A stretch of DNA of 63,960 bases, filler included, from Octopus bimaculoides (Eukaryota): the NCBI RefSeq assembly GCF_001194135.2. It is 5 parts of 5 records of this genome, joined end to end, with 100 filler letters (N's around TTAATTAATTAA, not from the genome) between each part and the next. Parts side by side here need not be neighbours in the genome. Positions count along the whole stretch, not along the records: positions 44,898 to 54,482 come from NC_068985.1; positions 54,583 to 62,831 come from NC_068981.1; positions 62,932 to 63,960 come from NC_068982.1; 2 more parts are not named here. One strand, 5' to 3'. The notes beneath the pieces were generated by a model that saw only the letters and a program-made list of their open reading frames with translations, was not told where the DNA came from and did no database searches. Position 1 is the stretch's first letter. The number at the start of each line of letters is the position of its first letter. The position numbers and the translations under genes were made by a program. Of this stretch, positions 51,078 through 63,960 are shown one piece after another.

Positions 51078-51379
51078 GACCCCCCCCCCCCTTCGGTTAT
51101 GAATGACCATGGGATTGTACATAGAAAGTTCCGAGGCACAAGTCCAGGAAAGGCTGTATGCAGTTCTCCGTGCATACCAGCCTACTCTCTCCGTGCCACT
51201 GATGATATCCAAGGGAAAGGCAAAAGCTGATACAGCTTGGTACCACCGACGTCGCAACTCATTTCTCCAGCTAACGTGAAATAAAGTGTCTTGCTCAAGA
51301 ACACAACACACAATCCAGTCCGGGAATCAAACTCAGTACCTCATGATTGTAAGCCCAACGCTTTAACCACTGAGCCATG
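51078..51379 (-). mobile_element. SINE family C
   Basis: Reverse complement of 46633-46968 with small deletions. Confidence 0.85.
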
Positions 51380-51431
<52 letters not shown>

Positions 51432-52717
51432 GTATGTCTGTCTGTCTGTCTGCCTGTCTATCTATCTTTCTATCTATCTATCTATCTATCTATCTAGTTT
51501 CAATAAAAAATGGGTAAATGTGGCAAGAATGGTAAGAATGAAAGACGACACCATTTTAAGCATAGACTTGTAACAAAAAGAGACAAAAAGAGACAAAAAG
51601 AGAGAAGGTACTTACTTTCATGTACCTTTAAAAAAAGAAGCCTGAGGTGACCGTGGTCTTTTCCGTAGGCTTTTCTCTCCACGGGTAAACCTAATCTGTT
51701 CCCCATTTTTTTTACATTGACTGTGATACACGATCCCTATTGATCGCCCCCTCCCTTTTTTTCCCGCGATCCCTTTTGATCGAAATCCCCCCTTTTTNNN
51801 NNNNNNNNNNNNNNNNNNNNNNNNNNNNNNNNNNNNNNNNNNNNNNNNNNNNNNNNNNNNNNNNNNNNNNNNNNNNNNNNNNNNNNNNNNNNNNNNNNNN
51901 NNNNNNNNNNNNNNNNNNNNNNNNNNNNNNNNNNNNNNNNNNNNNNNNNNNNNNNNNNNNNNNNNNNNNNNNNNNNNNNNNNNNNNNNNNNNNNNNNNNN
52001 NNNNNNNNNNNNNNNNNNNNNNNNNNNNNNNNNNNNNNNNNNNNNNNNNNNNNNNNNNNNNNNNNNNNNNNNNNNNNNNNNNNNNNNNNNNNNNNNNNNN
52101 NNNNNNNNNNNNNNNNNNNNNNNNNNNNNNNNNNNNNNNNNNNNNNNNNNNNNNNNNNNNNNNNNNNNNNNNNNNNNNNNNNNNNNNNNNNNNNNNNNNN
52201 NNNNNNNNNNNNNNNNNNNNNNNNNNNNNNNNNNNNNNNNNNNNNNNNNNNNNNNNNTCCCCCCCCCCAGAAAAGCTCTACATTGTAATTTATCCATTTT
52301 CTGTATTTAGCCCTGTGTGGCTATAATAAAAAGATATCTATCTATCTGTCTGTCTGTCCCTCTATATGCAGGTTTTGGGTATATGTGGATGCACACAGGA
52401 TAAAATAGTGAAGGAGATCGCTTCACAATTATAAGATTGCGGGTTCGATTCCATTACATCGCATGTTGAGTTTTCGTGTTTTTTATAACTGAGGTGATCA
52501 AGTTTTGCGAATATATCGCGCTAGATAAAAAAAAAGCCTGAGAAGATTTTAATGGATTATACCTGTAATTTGAAATGTCTTCTTAGTCATACAGAGTATA
52601 TCTGAGAATTCGTTAAATCTTATGCAGGTCAATGAAGTTTCTTAATGTTGTGTGTATGTGTGTGTGTGTGGTGTGTTGGTGTTGGTGTGTGCGTGTGCGT
52701 GTGCGTGTGTGTGCATG

Positions 52718-52762
<45 letters not shown>

Positions 52763-52904
52763 TAGATTGATTGGATGCCATCTTGACTTTATCTCAATGT
52801 AAATGCTTAAGAATTAACTTTTGGTATAAGGTCAATTCGTTTGCCATTTAATTACAACTCATATACATAAATATATATATGTAATGCATAATAAACTACT
52901 ATAG

Positions 52905-53295
52905 CTAGCTTCCCAGCCATATGGTTCCGGGTTCAGTCCCATTGCGTGGCACCTTAAGCAAGTGTCTTCTGCTATACACTCGGGCCGACCGAAGACTTGA
53001 GAGGGGGTTTGGTAGACAGAAACTGAAAGAAGCCCATCGTATGTACATGTGCATACATTTATGTGTGTGTGTCTCTGTTTGCCCCCCCCCCCCNNNNNNN
53101 NNNCATAGCTTGATAACTGAGAGTGGTGTGTTTATGTCCCCGTAACTTAGCAGTTCGGCAAAAGCGAACGATAGAATAAGTGCTAGGCTTACAAAGAATT
53201 AATCCTGGGGTCGATTTCTTCGACTATAATTCATTTAAGCTGATGCTCCAGCATGGCCACTATGAAATGACTGAAACAAGTAAAAGAATAAAAGA
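52905..53295 (+). mobile_element. SINE family A, near full length
   Basis: GGTTCCGGGTTCAGTCCC...GATGCTCCAGCATGGCCAC...TGACTGAAACAAGTAAAAG. Confidence 0.9.
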
Positions 53296-54431
53296 ATATA
53301 GATAGAGATTCACATGTATATATACACATATGTATATATACATATATGTATGTGTGTGTATGTGCGCGTGTGTGTGTATACGCATATATGCATATATGCA
53401 TATATTTACATTCGTATATATATATATATNNNNNNNNNNNNNNNNNNNNNNNNNNNNNNNNNNNNNNNNNNNNNNNNNNNNNNNNNNNNNNNNNNNNNNN
53501 NNNNNNNNNNNNNNNNNNNNNNNNNNNNNNNNNNNNNNNNNNNNNNNNNNNNNNNNNNNNNNNNNNNNNNNNNNNNNNNNNNNNNNNNNNNNNNNNNNNN
53601 NNNNNNNNNNNNNNNNNNNNNNNNNNNNNNNNNNNNNNNNNNNNNNNNNNNNNNNNNNNNNNNNNNNNNNNNNNNNNNNNNNNNNNNNNNNNNNNNNNNN
53701 NNNNNNNNNNNNNNNNNNNNNNNNNNNNNNNNNNNNNNNNNNNNNNNNNNNNNNNNNNNNNNNNNNNNNNNNNNNNNNNNNNNNNNNNNNNNNNNNNNNN
53801 NNNNNNNNNNNNNNNNNNNNNNNNNNNNNNNNNNNNNNNNNNNNNNNNNNNNNNNNNNNNNNNNNNNNNNNNNNNNNNNNNNNNNNNNNNNNNNNNNNNN
53901 NNNNNNNNNNNNNNNNNNNNNNNNNNNNNNNNNNNNNNNNGAGAGAGAGAGGGAGAGAGAGAGAGGGAGAGAGAGAGAGGGAGAGAGAGAGAGAGAGGGA
54001 GAAGGTCATAGAGCTTTAGCGATAATAATAAGCGGATATCAATATAGAATGTTCCTCAGCGAAACAAGTGTTTAACAACGGGAAGGAAATACAGACAGAG
54101 CTGAATCTAGAGGCGCAGTGAATGGGGTGAGGGGTGGACGGTGGTTATAGAATTAGCAAGTTACAATTTCGTACCTCCTTCCCGCCCTGCACCGAATTCC
54201 TCCGCCATACCGACAGGTCTTTCTACCACCTACACTATTTTCATTATCACATACTTTGCCAGTATCGTCGCCAAAATCATCACTGATGCAGCTCATACCA
54301 ACACTACCACCTTCATGTTCATCACCAACATACCACCAGTCACTGTTATCATAAACAGCACCGCCACCACCGGACACAAATTTCATTGGAAATCACTCCT
54401 CTCTCTTAGTCTCGCTCTCTGAGTCTCCCCC

Positions 54432-54481
<50 letters not shown>

Positions 54482-54482
54482 A

Positions 54483-54582
54483 NNNNNNNNNNNNNNNNNN
54501 NNNNNNNNNNNNNNNNNNNNNNNNNNTTAATTAATTAANNNNNNNNNNNNNNNNNNNNNNNNNNNNNNNNNNNNNNNNNNNN
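54483..54582. other. Artificial scaffold spacer 44N-TTAATTAATTAA-44N
   Basis: Same 100-bp structure. Confidence 0.95.
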
Positions 54583-54618
54583 ACTACTATCACTACTACA
54601 ACTACTACTACTACTACT

Positions 54619-54700
<82 letters not shown>

Positions 54701-54725
54701 TTATTGCTGTTGTTGTTGTTAACCA
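54583..54725. repeat. (ACT)n(ACG)n(ACT)n trinucleotide repeat
   Basis: Direct reading. Confidence 0.95.
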
Positions 54726-55119
54726 CTGCTTGATTGTCTGTTACGTATAGTCAGTATTTCGAAATGATTTCTTCTATTAGCGTGGTCCTTGTGGCAAATG
54801 AAGAAATCATCGTCATTGTTTTCATAATAATAGTAATAGTCATAATAATAATAATTAATATTATTATTGTTTTTGTTATCGTTGCTGTTCTTCTTCTTCT
54901 TCTTCGTGTTATTACTAAGTACAAATAATAACAATTATTATTATTATTAGTTGTATTATAATTCATTTATTTATTCGTTATAGGTGTTCGATTTGCAAAC
55001 AAATATATTGGGAGCGGTTTGCTGCAAAACTGAAATTTGGTTTTTGACGACCACTACGACTATAGGGACACAGGTGGCAGTAGAGACAAATAGAGGAAGT
55101 ATTGTGATTATCGAAGCAA

Positions 55120-55254
55120 ATGTATGTATGTATGTATGTATGTATGTATGTATGTATGTATGTATGTGGATGTGTAAATTTTGTGTGTATTTATGTGTAT
55201 TTGTGTGTGCATAGATGTGTGTATGGAGATATAGGTAGATAGATAGAGACAGAC

Positions 55255-55309
<55 letters not shown>

Positions 55310-55328
55310 CAGACAGAGATAGATAGAC

Positions 55329-55360
<32 letters not shown>

Positions 55361-55361
55361 G

Positions 55362-55428
<67 letters not shown>

Positions 55429-55450
55429 GGATAGATAGATAGATAGATGT
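55120..55450. repeat. (ATGT)n and (GATA)n microsatellites
   Basis: Direct reading. Confidence 0.95.
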
Positions 55451-55832
55451 TAGCTAATATTCCAGTTATAACATGTAAGACGCAACAGTGTCTTGTTGAA
55501 ATATAAAACTGATTTTCTCACACTCACACACACACACACACACACACACATGCACACAAATGCACATACATAGACACACATGTAGACACACACACACACA
55601 CATACATTCACGTACAGATGCGTATGCGTATGTGGAGTGCGCGCGCGTTTGTGTATGTGTGTGCGCACGCGCCCGTATCTATATGTAGATTTAATTCATA
55701 TGACAACGTATGTCCTCGGTGAGGCGATGAGCTTCTCTATGACAATATGTGACAACGAAGTATCGTAAGGGGAAATACAAATGATGAGATTCGATTAGAA
55801 AAACAAAAGCCGAAACACGTTAAACTGTGTTA

Positions 55833-55873
<41 letters not shown>

Positions 55874-56513
55874 NNNNNNNNNNNNNNNNNNNNNNNNNNN
55901 NNNNNNNNNNNNNNNNNNNNNNNNNNNNNNNNNNNNNNNNNNNNNNNNNNNNNNNNNNNNNNNNNNNNNNNNNNNNNNNNNNNNNNNNNNNNNNNNNNNN
56001 NNNNNNNNNNNNNNNNNNNNNNNNNNNNNNNNNNNNNNNNNNNNNNNNNNNNNNNNNNNNNNNNNNNNNNNNNNNNNNNNNNNNNNNNNNNNNNNNNNNN
56101 NNNNNNNNNNNNNNNNNNNNNNNNNNNNNNNNNNNNNNNNNNNNNNNNNNNNNNNNNNNNNNNNNNNNNNNNNNNNNNNNNNNNNNNNNNNNNNNNNNNN
56201 NNNNNNNNNNNNNNNNNNNNNNNNNNNNNNNNNNNNNNNNNNNNNNNNNNNNNNNNNNNNNNNNNNNNNNNNNNNNNNNNNNNNNNNNNNNNNNNNNNNN
56301 NNNNNNNNNNNNNNNNNNNNNNNNNNNNNNNNNNNNNNNNNNNNNNNNNNNNNNNNNNNNNNNNNNNNNNNNNNNNNNNNNNNNNNNNNNNNNNNNNNNN
56401 NNNNNNNNNNNNNNNNNNNNNNNNNNNNNNNNNNNNNNNNNNNNNNNNNNNNNNNNNNNNNNNNNNNNNNNNNNNNNNNNNNNNATATATATTTATATAT
56501 ATATATATATATC

Positions 56514-56730
56514 TTTCTCTCTTTTACTTGTTTCAGTCATTTGACTGCGGCCATGCTGGAGCACCGCCTTTTAGTTGAGCAAATTGACCCCAGGACTTAT
56601 TCTTTGGAAGCCTAGTACTTATTCTATCGGTCTCTTTTGTCAAACCGCTATCTTACGGGGACGTAAACACACCAGCATCGGTTGTCAAGCGATGTTGGTT
56701 GGGGTGAGGGACAAACACAGACACAAACAT
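56514..56730 (-). mobile_element. SINE family A, 3' half
   Basis: CTTTTACTTGTTTCAGTCATTTGACTGCGGCCATGCTGGAGCACCGCC. Confidence 0.9.
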
Positions 56731-57630
56731 ATACACATGTATATGTACGTGGTTATTTAAATATGTGAATCTGTACACCTCTCCCCGTTGTAGGTGTGCA
56801 TACATGCGTGTATATGTTTGTGTGTAACGTACCAACACATGCTGGTACGTGTGTGTTTGTGAGTGCCTGTTAGCGTTACGATATCAACTTCAGCGAAGAA
56901 GACGTGTTGTCCATGCATGTGTACCTGTGTGTATCGGCGTGTGGGTGGTGGGGGTGTGTATGTTTGTCAGCATGTGTATGTGAATGTGTCACAGTGTGTA
57001 TGTCATTATGTATGGTAGGTGCTTGCGAGTGTGCATGTATGTGTGTGTATGGATACCGGTGTATGTATAAGTGATTACATGTGCCCATGTATAGTTGTGT
57101 TATGTGTCAATAAGTGTAGGTGTCCATATATAAGTGCGCGCACGCGTGTGTGTGTGTGTGTACGAGTGTGTAGTTTATCTGAATACGTATGTAACTGTCC
57201 CTATGTAACAATGTACTATACGGGTATTGGCATGTGTATGTGTGGGGAGGTGAGTGTGCATGTCTATGTGTGTGTATTCTACTATCAGTTTATATTCTAC
57301 TATCATGTCACTGTATGAGTGTGTGATTACAAATATATATTATATGTGCATAGATATGAATATACGCATACACACACATGTACGCATTCATACATAATGT
57401 TAGTATATACATAGACACACACACACACACACATATATATGTATATATATATATATATATATAATAAAGTTGTAGTATATTGTCAACTTAATGTGACAAT
57501 CCCAATAAGGGAACACACTACTGCCGTTTAGCCCTAGGAAGCTGGACCGCTTCCTGTCGGCCTTGACACAATTACTGTGTCCTTAAGTTTGTGAAGGGGA
57601 GACAAGCTCCCCCACCCAGCCTAGCCAGCA

Positions 57631-57673
57631 TTCAGGGACATGTTTCTGAGTCTTTGCTCGTCATCAGCCTGAA
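57631..57673 (-). ncRNA. Minimal type I hammerhead ribozyme motif
   Basis: uucagg-CUGAUGA-cgag-caaaga-cuca-GAAA-caug-U-C-ccugaa; 6-bp stem I, palindromic acaugu, C.A mismatch at the base of stem II. Confidence 0.7.
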
Positions 57674-58489
57674 GTAGCTTGCCAGCTGGATAGAGAAGCC
57701 TGTTTCGCCTTCACAAACTTATGTAAATCATAGTGAAGTTCATTCACATATAATAATATTAGGGACAAAATCCAAAATTNNNNNNNNNNNNNNNNNNNNN
57801 NNNNNNNNNNNNNNNNNNNNNNNNNNNNNNNNNNNNNNNNNNNNNNNNNNNNNNNNNNNNNNNNNNNNNNNNNNNNNNNNNNNNNNNNNNNNNNNNNNNN
57901 NNNNNNNNNNNNNNNNNNNNNNNNNNNNNNNNNNNNNNNNNNNNNNNNNNNNNNNNNNNNNNNNNNNNNNNNNNNNNNNNNNNNNNNNNNNNNNNNNNNN
58001 NNNNNNNNNNNNNNNNNNNNNNNNNNNNNNNNNNNNNNNNNNNNNNNNNNNNNNNNNNNNNNNNNNNNNNNNNNNNNNNNNNNNNNNNNNNNNNNNNNNN
58101 NNNNNNNNNNNNNNNNNNNNNNNNNNNNNNNNNNNNNNNNNNNNNNNNNNNNNNNNNNNNNNNNNNNNNNNNNNNNNNNNNNNNNNNNNNNNNNNNNNNN
58201 NNNNNNNNNNNNNNNNNNNNNNNNNNNNNNNNNNNNNNNNNNNNNNNNNNNNNNNNNNNNNNNNNNNNNNNNNNNNNNNNNNNNNNNNNNNNNNNNNNNN
58301 NNNNNNNNNNNNNNNATATATATATATATATATATAAACAAATAATAAATGAGTATATGCATATATACGTACAGGTATGTGCATACCTACGTTTACCTGT
58401 ATATATAGGTGCATATCTGGGTACAGGACGTTGCAAACGAAACGTAGACAAGAATCTGCAATAAGCACAAGCCTGGAATTGTGGGAGAG

Positions 58490-58615
58490 AGGGACTGAGT
58501 CCGTTACATCGACCCCAGTGCTCAGCTGGTATTTATTGCATCGATGGATGGCAAAGTCGACCCCCGTCGAAATTCGAACTTAGAATGTAAAGACGGACGA
58601 AACACCGCCAATGTT
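58490..58615 (-). mobile_element. Diverged SINE family B fragment
   Basis: ATCGACCCCAGTG...CTGGTA...GGCAAAGTCGACC...GAAATTCGAAC. Confidence 0.65.
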
Positions 58616-59055
58616 AACCCACAGGGGTGTTTATTATTTGTATGCCTCAGTGTATGTGTATCCGTTCCGTGTGTACGTGCTTGGTATGTATATATCTGTG
58701 TGTATATGTGAGGGTGTGTAGCGTGTGTGTGTGTATGTGTGTGAATGTGTGTGTGTGTGTGTGTGTGTGTGGGTGTGTGTGGGTGTGTGTACGTGTGTAT
58801 CTCTGAGTACGTGTGTGTGTGTGTGTGTGTGTTAGTACGCAAGCATTGCGGGTATGCTGCATTCTGTTTTTTTCTCTCTTTTCGTTTCATGGCTTTAGTT
58901 TCAATCTTCGTGAAATTTGCATGGGTGTATATATAGTGGTGGGTGTATATATAGTGGTGGGTGTATAACTATCATTTCCTTAGTACTTCTAGTTATCTAC
59001 TCAGATGACCACAACTTGCTGTATCACACACACACAACATGTGTATGTATGTGTC

Positions 59056-59089
<34 letters not shown>

Positions 59090-59135
59090 CGTTTTACTTA
59101 ATTTGTCAGATCACACAAGCATGCATATAGACATA

Positions 59136-59189
<54 letters not shown>

Positions 59190-59420
59190 ATATAAATAAC
59201 AGACGAAGACAGATGGTGTATATATATATATATATGTATACATACATATATTATATACATATATATATACACACATACACACACACATATATATATATAC
59301 ATGCGCATACGGTGTTTACTCGAGTATAATGCAATCTCATATCTGACATATGACGCGACAACCCCACTCCTTTTTTTCTGTACCTTAGAAACAGTAGCAT
59401 ATTTTAATATTGTGTTCTTT

Positions 59421-59491
59421 CAGTTCTATATTTAAGAGATGAGGAATTATTTACATTATTTACATTATCTACATTTGACGGCAGCGACCTG

Positions 59492-59522
<31 letters not shown>

Positions 59523-59695
59523 TAATAATAATAATATAATAATAATAATAATAGTAACATCGATAGGAATGAGAACCCAGGTTCGAAATTTCCCCAAGAC
59601 ACCTGACGAAGGCTGGAGGGTATATCAGCCGAAACGTTGTGTTAACAACAAACAAGATGAGGACGAATATCCGTCAAATGTAGATAATGTAAATA
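59421..59695 (+). mobile_element. Small PLE-type insertion: inverted terminal segments, internal (AAT)n, HHR, 12-bp flanking direct repeat
   Basis: IR 59445-59481 / 59671-59698; direct repeat ATTGTGTTCTTT at 59409-59420 and 59696-59707. Confidence 0.7.
59598..59643 (+). ncRNA. Minimal type I hammerhead ribozyme motif
   Basis: gacac-CUGACGA-a-ggcug-gaggguauau-cagcc-GAAA-cg-U-U-guguu. Confidence 0.7.
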
Positions 59696-60255
59696 ATTGT
59701 GTTCTTTGTTTTGTTTTGTTTTTTTAACATTGAAATATAATGCCAAGGTTTGTATTCCTCACATTGTACACGAGGAAGTAGGTACATATAGACATACACA
59801 CATGTACAGATAAATATGTTTGTGTGTGTGGAGGGGGTGTAAGAATGTGTGTATGTATGTGTGTATGTGAGTATATATGTATGTCTGTAAGTATACACAA
59901 ACACACACAAGTACACACACCTACGTACACACACACACACATACACAAATATGTACGTATACACTCTCAAACAACTAGAGAGAATTTTATGTACATATAG
60001 AGGCATATGCAAAAAAGATTCTACCATCTTCACGAAATCTCTCTTTAAGATCCAGTACTCAACTGGTACTTGTTATATCAACCCCGAAAGGATTAAGGGC
60101 AAAGTCACCCGCTTCACAATTCCGCCGAAGTCATCATTTCGGGGTCGATAAAACAGAGTTTGATGTAATGAGCTACGCCCACTCCCAAAATTACGGTCAG
60201 TTGCCTATAGCAGAAAGAATTATTATCATTATTGTTATTTATTTAGTACACGAAT

Positions 60256-60649
60256 GTGGAGGCGCAGTGGCCCAGTGGCCCAGTGGTTAGGGCATCGGAC
60301 TCGCGGTCATAGGATCGCGGTTTCGATTCCCAGACCGGGCGTTGTGAGTGTTTATTGAGCGAAAACGCCTAAAGCTCCATGAGGCTCCGGCAGGGGATGG
60401 TGGCGAACCCTGCTGTACTCTTCCACCACAACTTTCTTTCACTCTAACTTCCTGTTTCTGTTGTGCCTGTAATTCAAAGGGTCAGCCTTGTCACATTGTG
60501 TCACGCTGAATATCCCCGAGAAATACGTTAAAGGTACACGTGTCTATGGAGTGCTCAGCCACTTGCACGTTAATTTCACTGGCAGGCTGTTCCGTTGATC
60601 GGATCAATTGGAACCCTCGACGTCGTAAACGACGGAGTGCCAACAACAA
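60256..60649 (+). mobile_element. SINE family D, full length with 11-bp TSD
   Basis: tRNA-like A/B boxes, (CAA)n end, TSD AGTACACGAAT at 60245-60255 and 60650-60660. Confidence 0.93.
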
Positions 60650-60743
60650 AGTACACGAATATTGTGCTGAAATCCTACTCGTCCCTCGTGTCGTATTGTC
60701 CCTTTTTATTTTGTGTTCGACCCTTCTGACCAATAAAGAAAAT

Positions 60744-62630
<1,887 letters not shown>

Positions 62631-62831
62631 TGCTTATAGTAGAAAAGATCATTGTCATTATTATTATTACTATTATTATTATTACTATTATTATTGTTTT
62701 ATTATTATTGTTATTTTTATTATTATTTTATTATTATTATTATTATTATTAGCATTACATCACTTCAGTTGAGAACGGTGCTGTCTGAAGAGAAATGTTG
62801 GCTTTGCGTTGCTGTTATGCATGTATGTATG

Positions 62832-62931
62832 NNNNNNNNNNNNNNNNNNNNNNNNNNNNNNNNNNNNNNNNNNNNTTAATTAATTAANNNNNNNNNNNNN
62901 NNNNNNNNNNNNNNNNNNNNNNNNNNNNNNN
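62832..62931. other. Artificial scaffold spacer 44N-TTAATTAATTAA-44N
   Basis: Same 100-bp structure. Confidence 0.95.
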
Positions 62932-63595
62932 GGGGGGGGGGAAGGACAGGGAAAACAGATTGCTGGAATATGAAGTTTGAGAGAAATGAAAATCAATTTT
63001 CGAAAAATTCTGGGCTTCATTTTTTTTCCTACAAGTAAATTAACGATTAAATTGTATTTTGGGGTGAACATATTTGTAGAATGTAGTGGCGTGTGTTTAG
63101 GTGGCAGGTGAGAATATAAAAAAAAAAAAGAAAACAGACGATAACCGCTGGCACATAACCTGATATTGTCAGTGAACTGTAAAAGAGGGAGTCAAGTATT
63201 AGACTTTGTAAAGTGAAGAAAGGAACTTCGATCGGTTTTATGAGGATGTGATTTAATTTCTGTTCTGTCTGTTAGCCATTCATCCTTGTAATTCAATCAA
63301 CACATAACTGGAATGGATGGTGGTGAATGGATGAATATCGGAGCTAGTGGGTTAGACTGTTGATTGGAACTGATATGAACTAGATAACTCATCATAAATT
63401 CTTGGGTTTCGTGTCTGTCTTCGAGAAGGATGCTGCGTAGCAGAATCTGCAAAGACTTTACATTAATCAATGATATGATGGGCAAGAAATGTATCAACTG
63501 ATTTTAAAACTAATCTCCTCTGTAAATAAAAACAATAAATGAGAGTGAGAGAGATTGAGAGAGAGAGAGAGAGTGTGTGTGTGTGTGTGTCTGTA

Positions 63596-63646
<51 letters not shown>

Positions 63647-63960
63647 GAGGGAGAGAGAGAACTATCGCCAGTGGTTTGTTCTATACTGAGTTATAATACT
63701 TTCTCAGTGTATATTCCTAGATCTGAGGAAGGACTTATGAGAAGTTGTGAGATTAATGCGTTTCCCAGTACCGTGAAATATATTTAGTGAAGCAATTGTA
63801 ACTGTGAATCGAACCTCAATAATTGAAACGCAGCACTATTCTATAAGGTTATATTTAATTAAATTATATTTGTAACTCATCACGGTTCTATGTCATGTTT
63901 AATTAGATTATTTTTGAGGATGTAGCGAGAAATTCTAATTAATCTACTGCAGAATATTAC

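Noticed and set aside
55716-55825. HHR-like CGATGAGCTT...AAGCCGAAACACGTTA
   Set aside because: Core lacks CUG and stem I does not pair

Overview
This is a gap-rich, AT-rich, microsatellite-dense eukaryotic window. The SINE, RTE and Penelope content points to an octopus genome (inference). Almost every ORF in the supplied track is an artefact of N-gaps or simple repeats. The real content is decayed mobile DNA: CR1/L2-type and RTE LINE fragments, Penelope-like (PLE) RT and GIY-YIG fragments, several Tc1/mariner elements, a maT/DD37D and a Tigger fragment, a hAT element with its 8-bp TSD, and about 30 tRNA-derived SINE copies in four families (labelled A-D here). Two results stand out. (1) At least 7 well-formed and several decayed type I hammerhead ribozyme (HHR) motifs occur. 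Most sit in or beside fold-back inverted duplications, which in several cases copy half of the ribozyme in antisense; one is a ~690-bp-arm inverted repeat with an HHR in each arm. (2) Two phase-compatible GT-AG exons (22074-22149, 22629-22717) encode a Cys-rich peptide that the ORF track misses. Four 44N-TTAATTAATTAA-44N spacers are artificial scaffold joins, so adjacency across them is not guaranteed. No rRNA, true tRNA gene or CRISPR array was seen.
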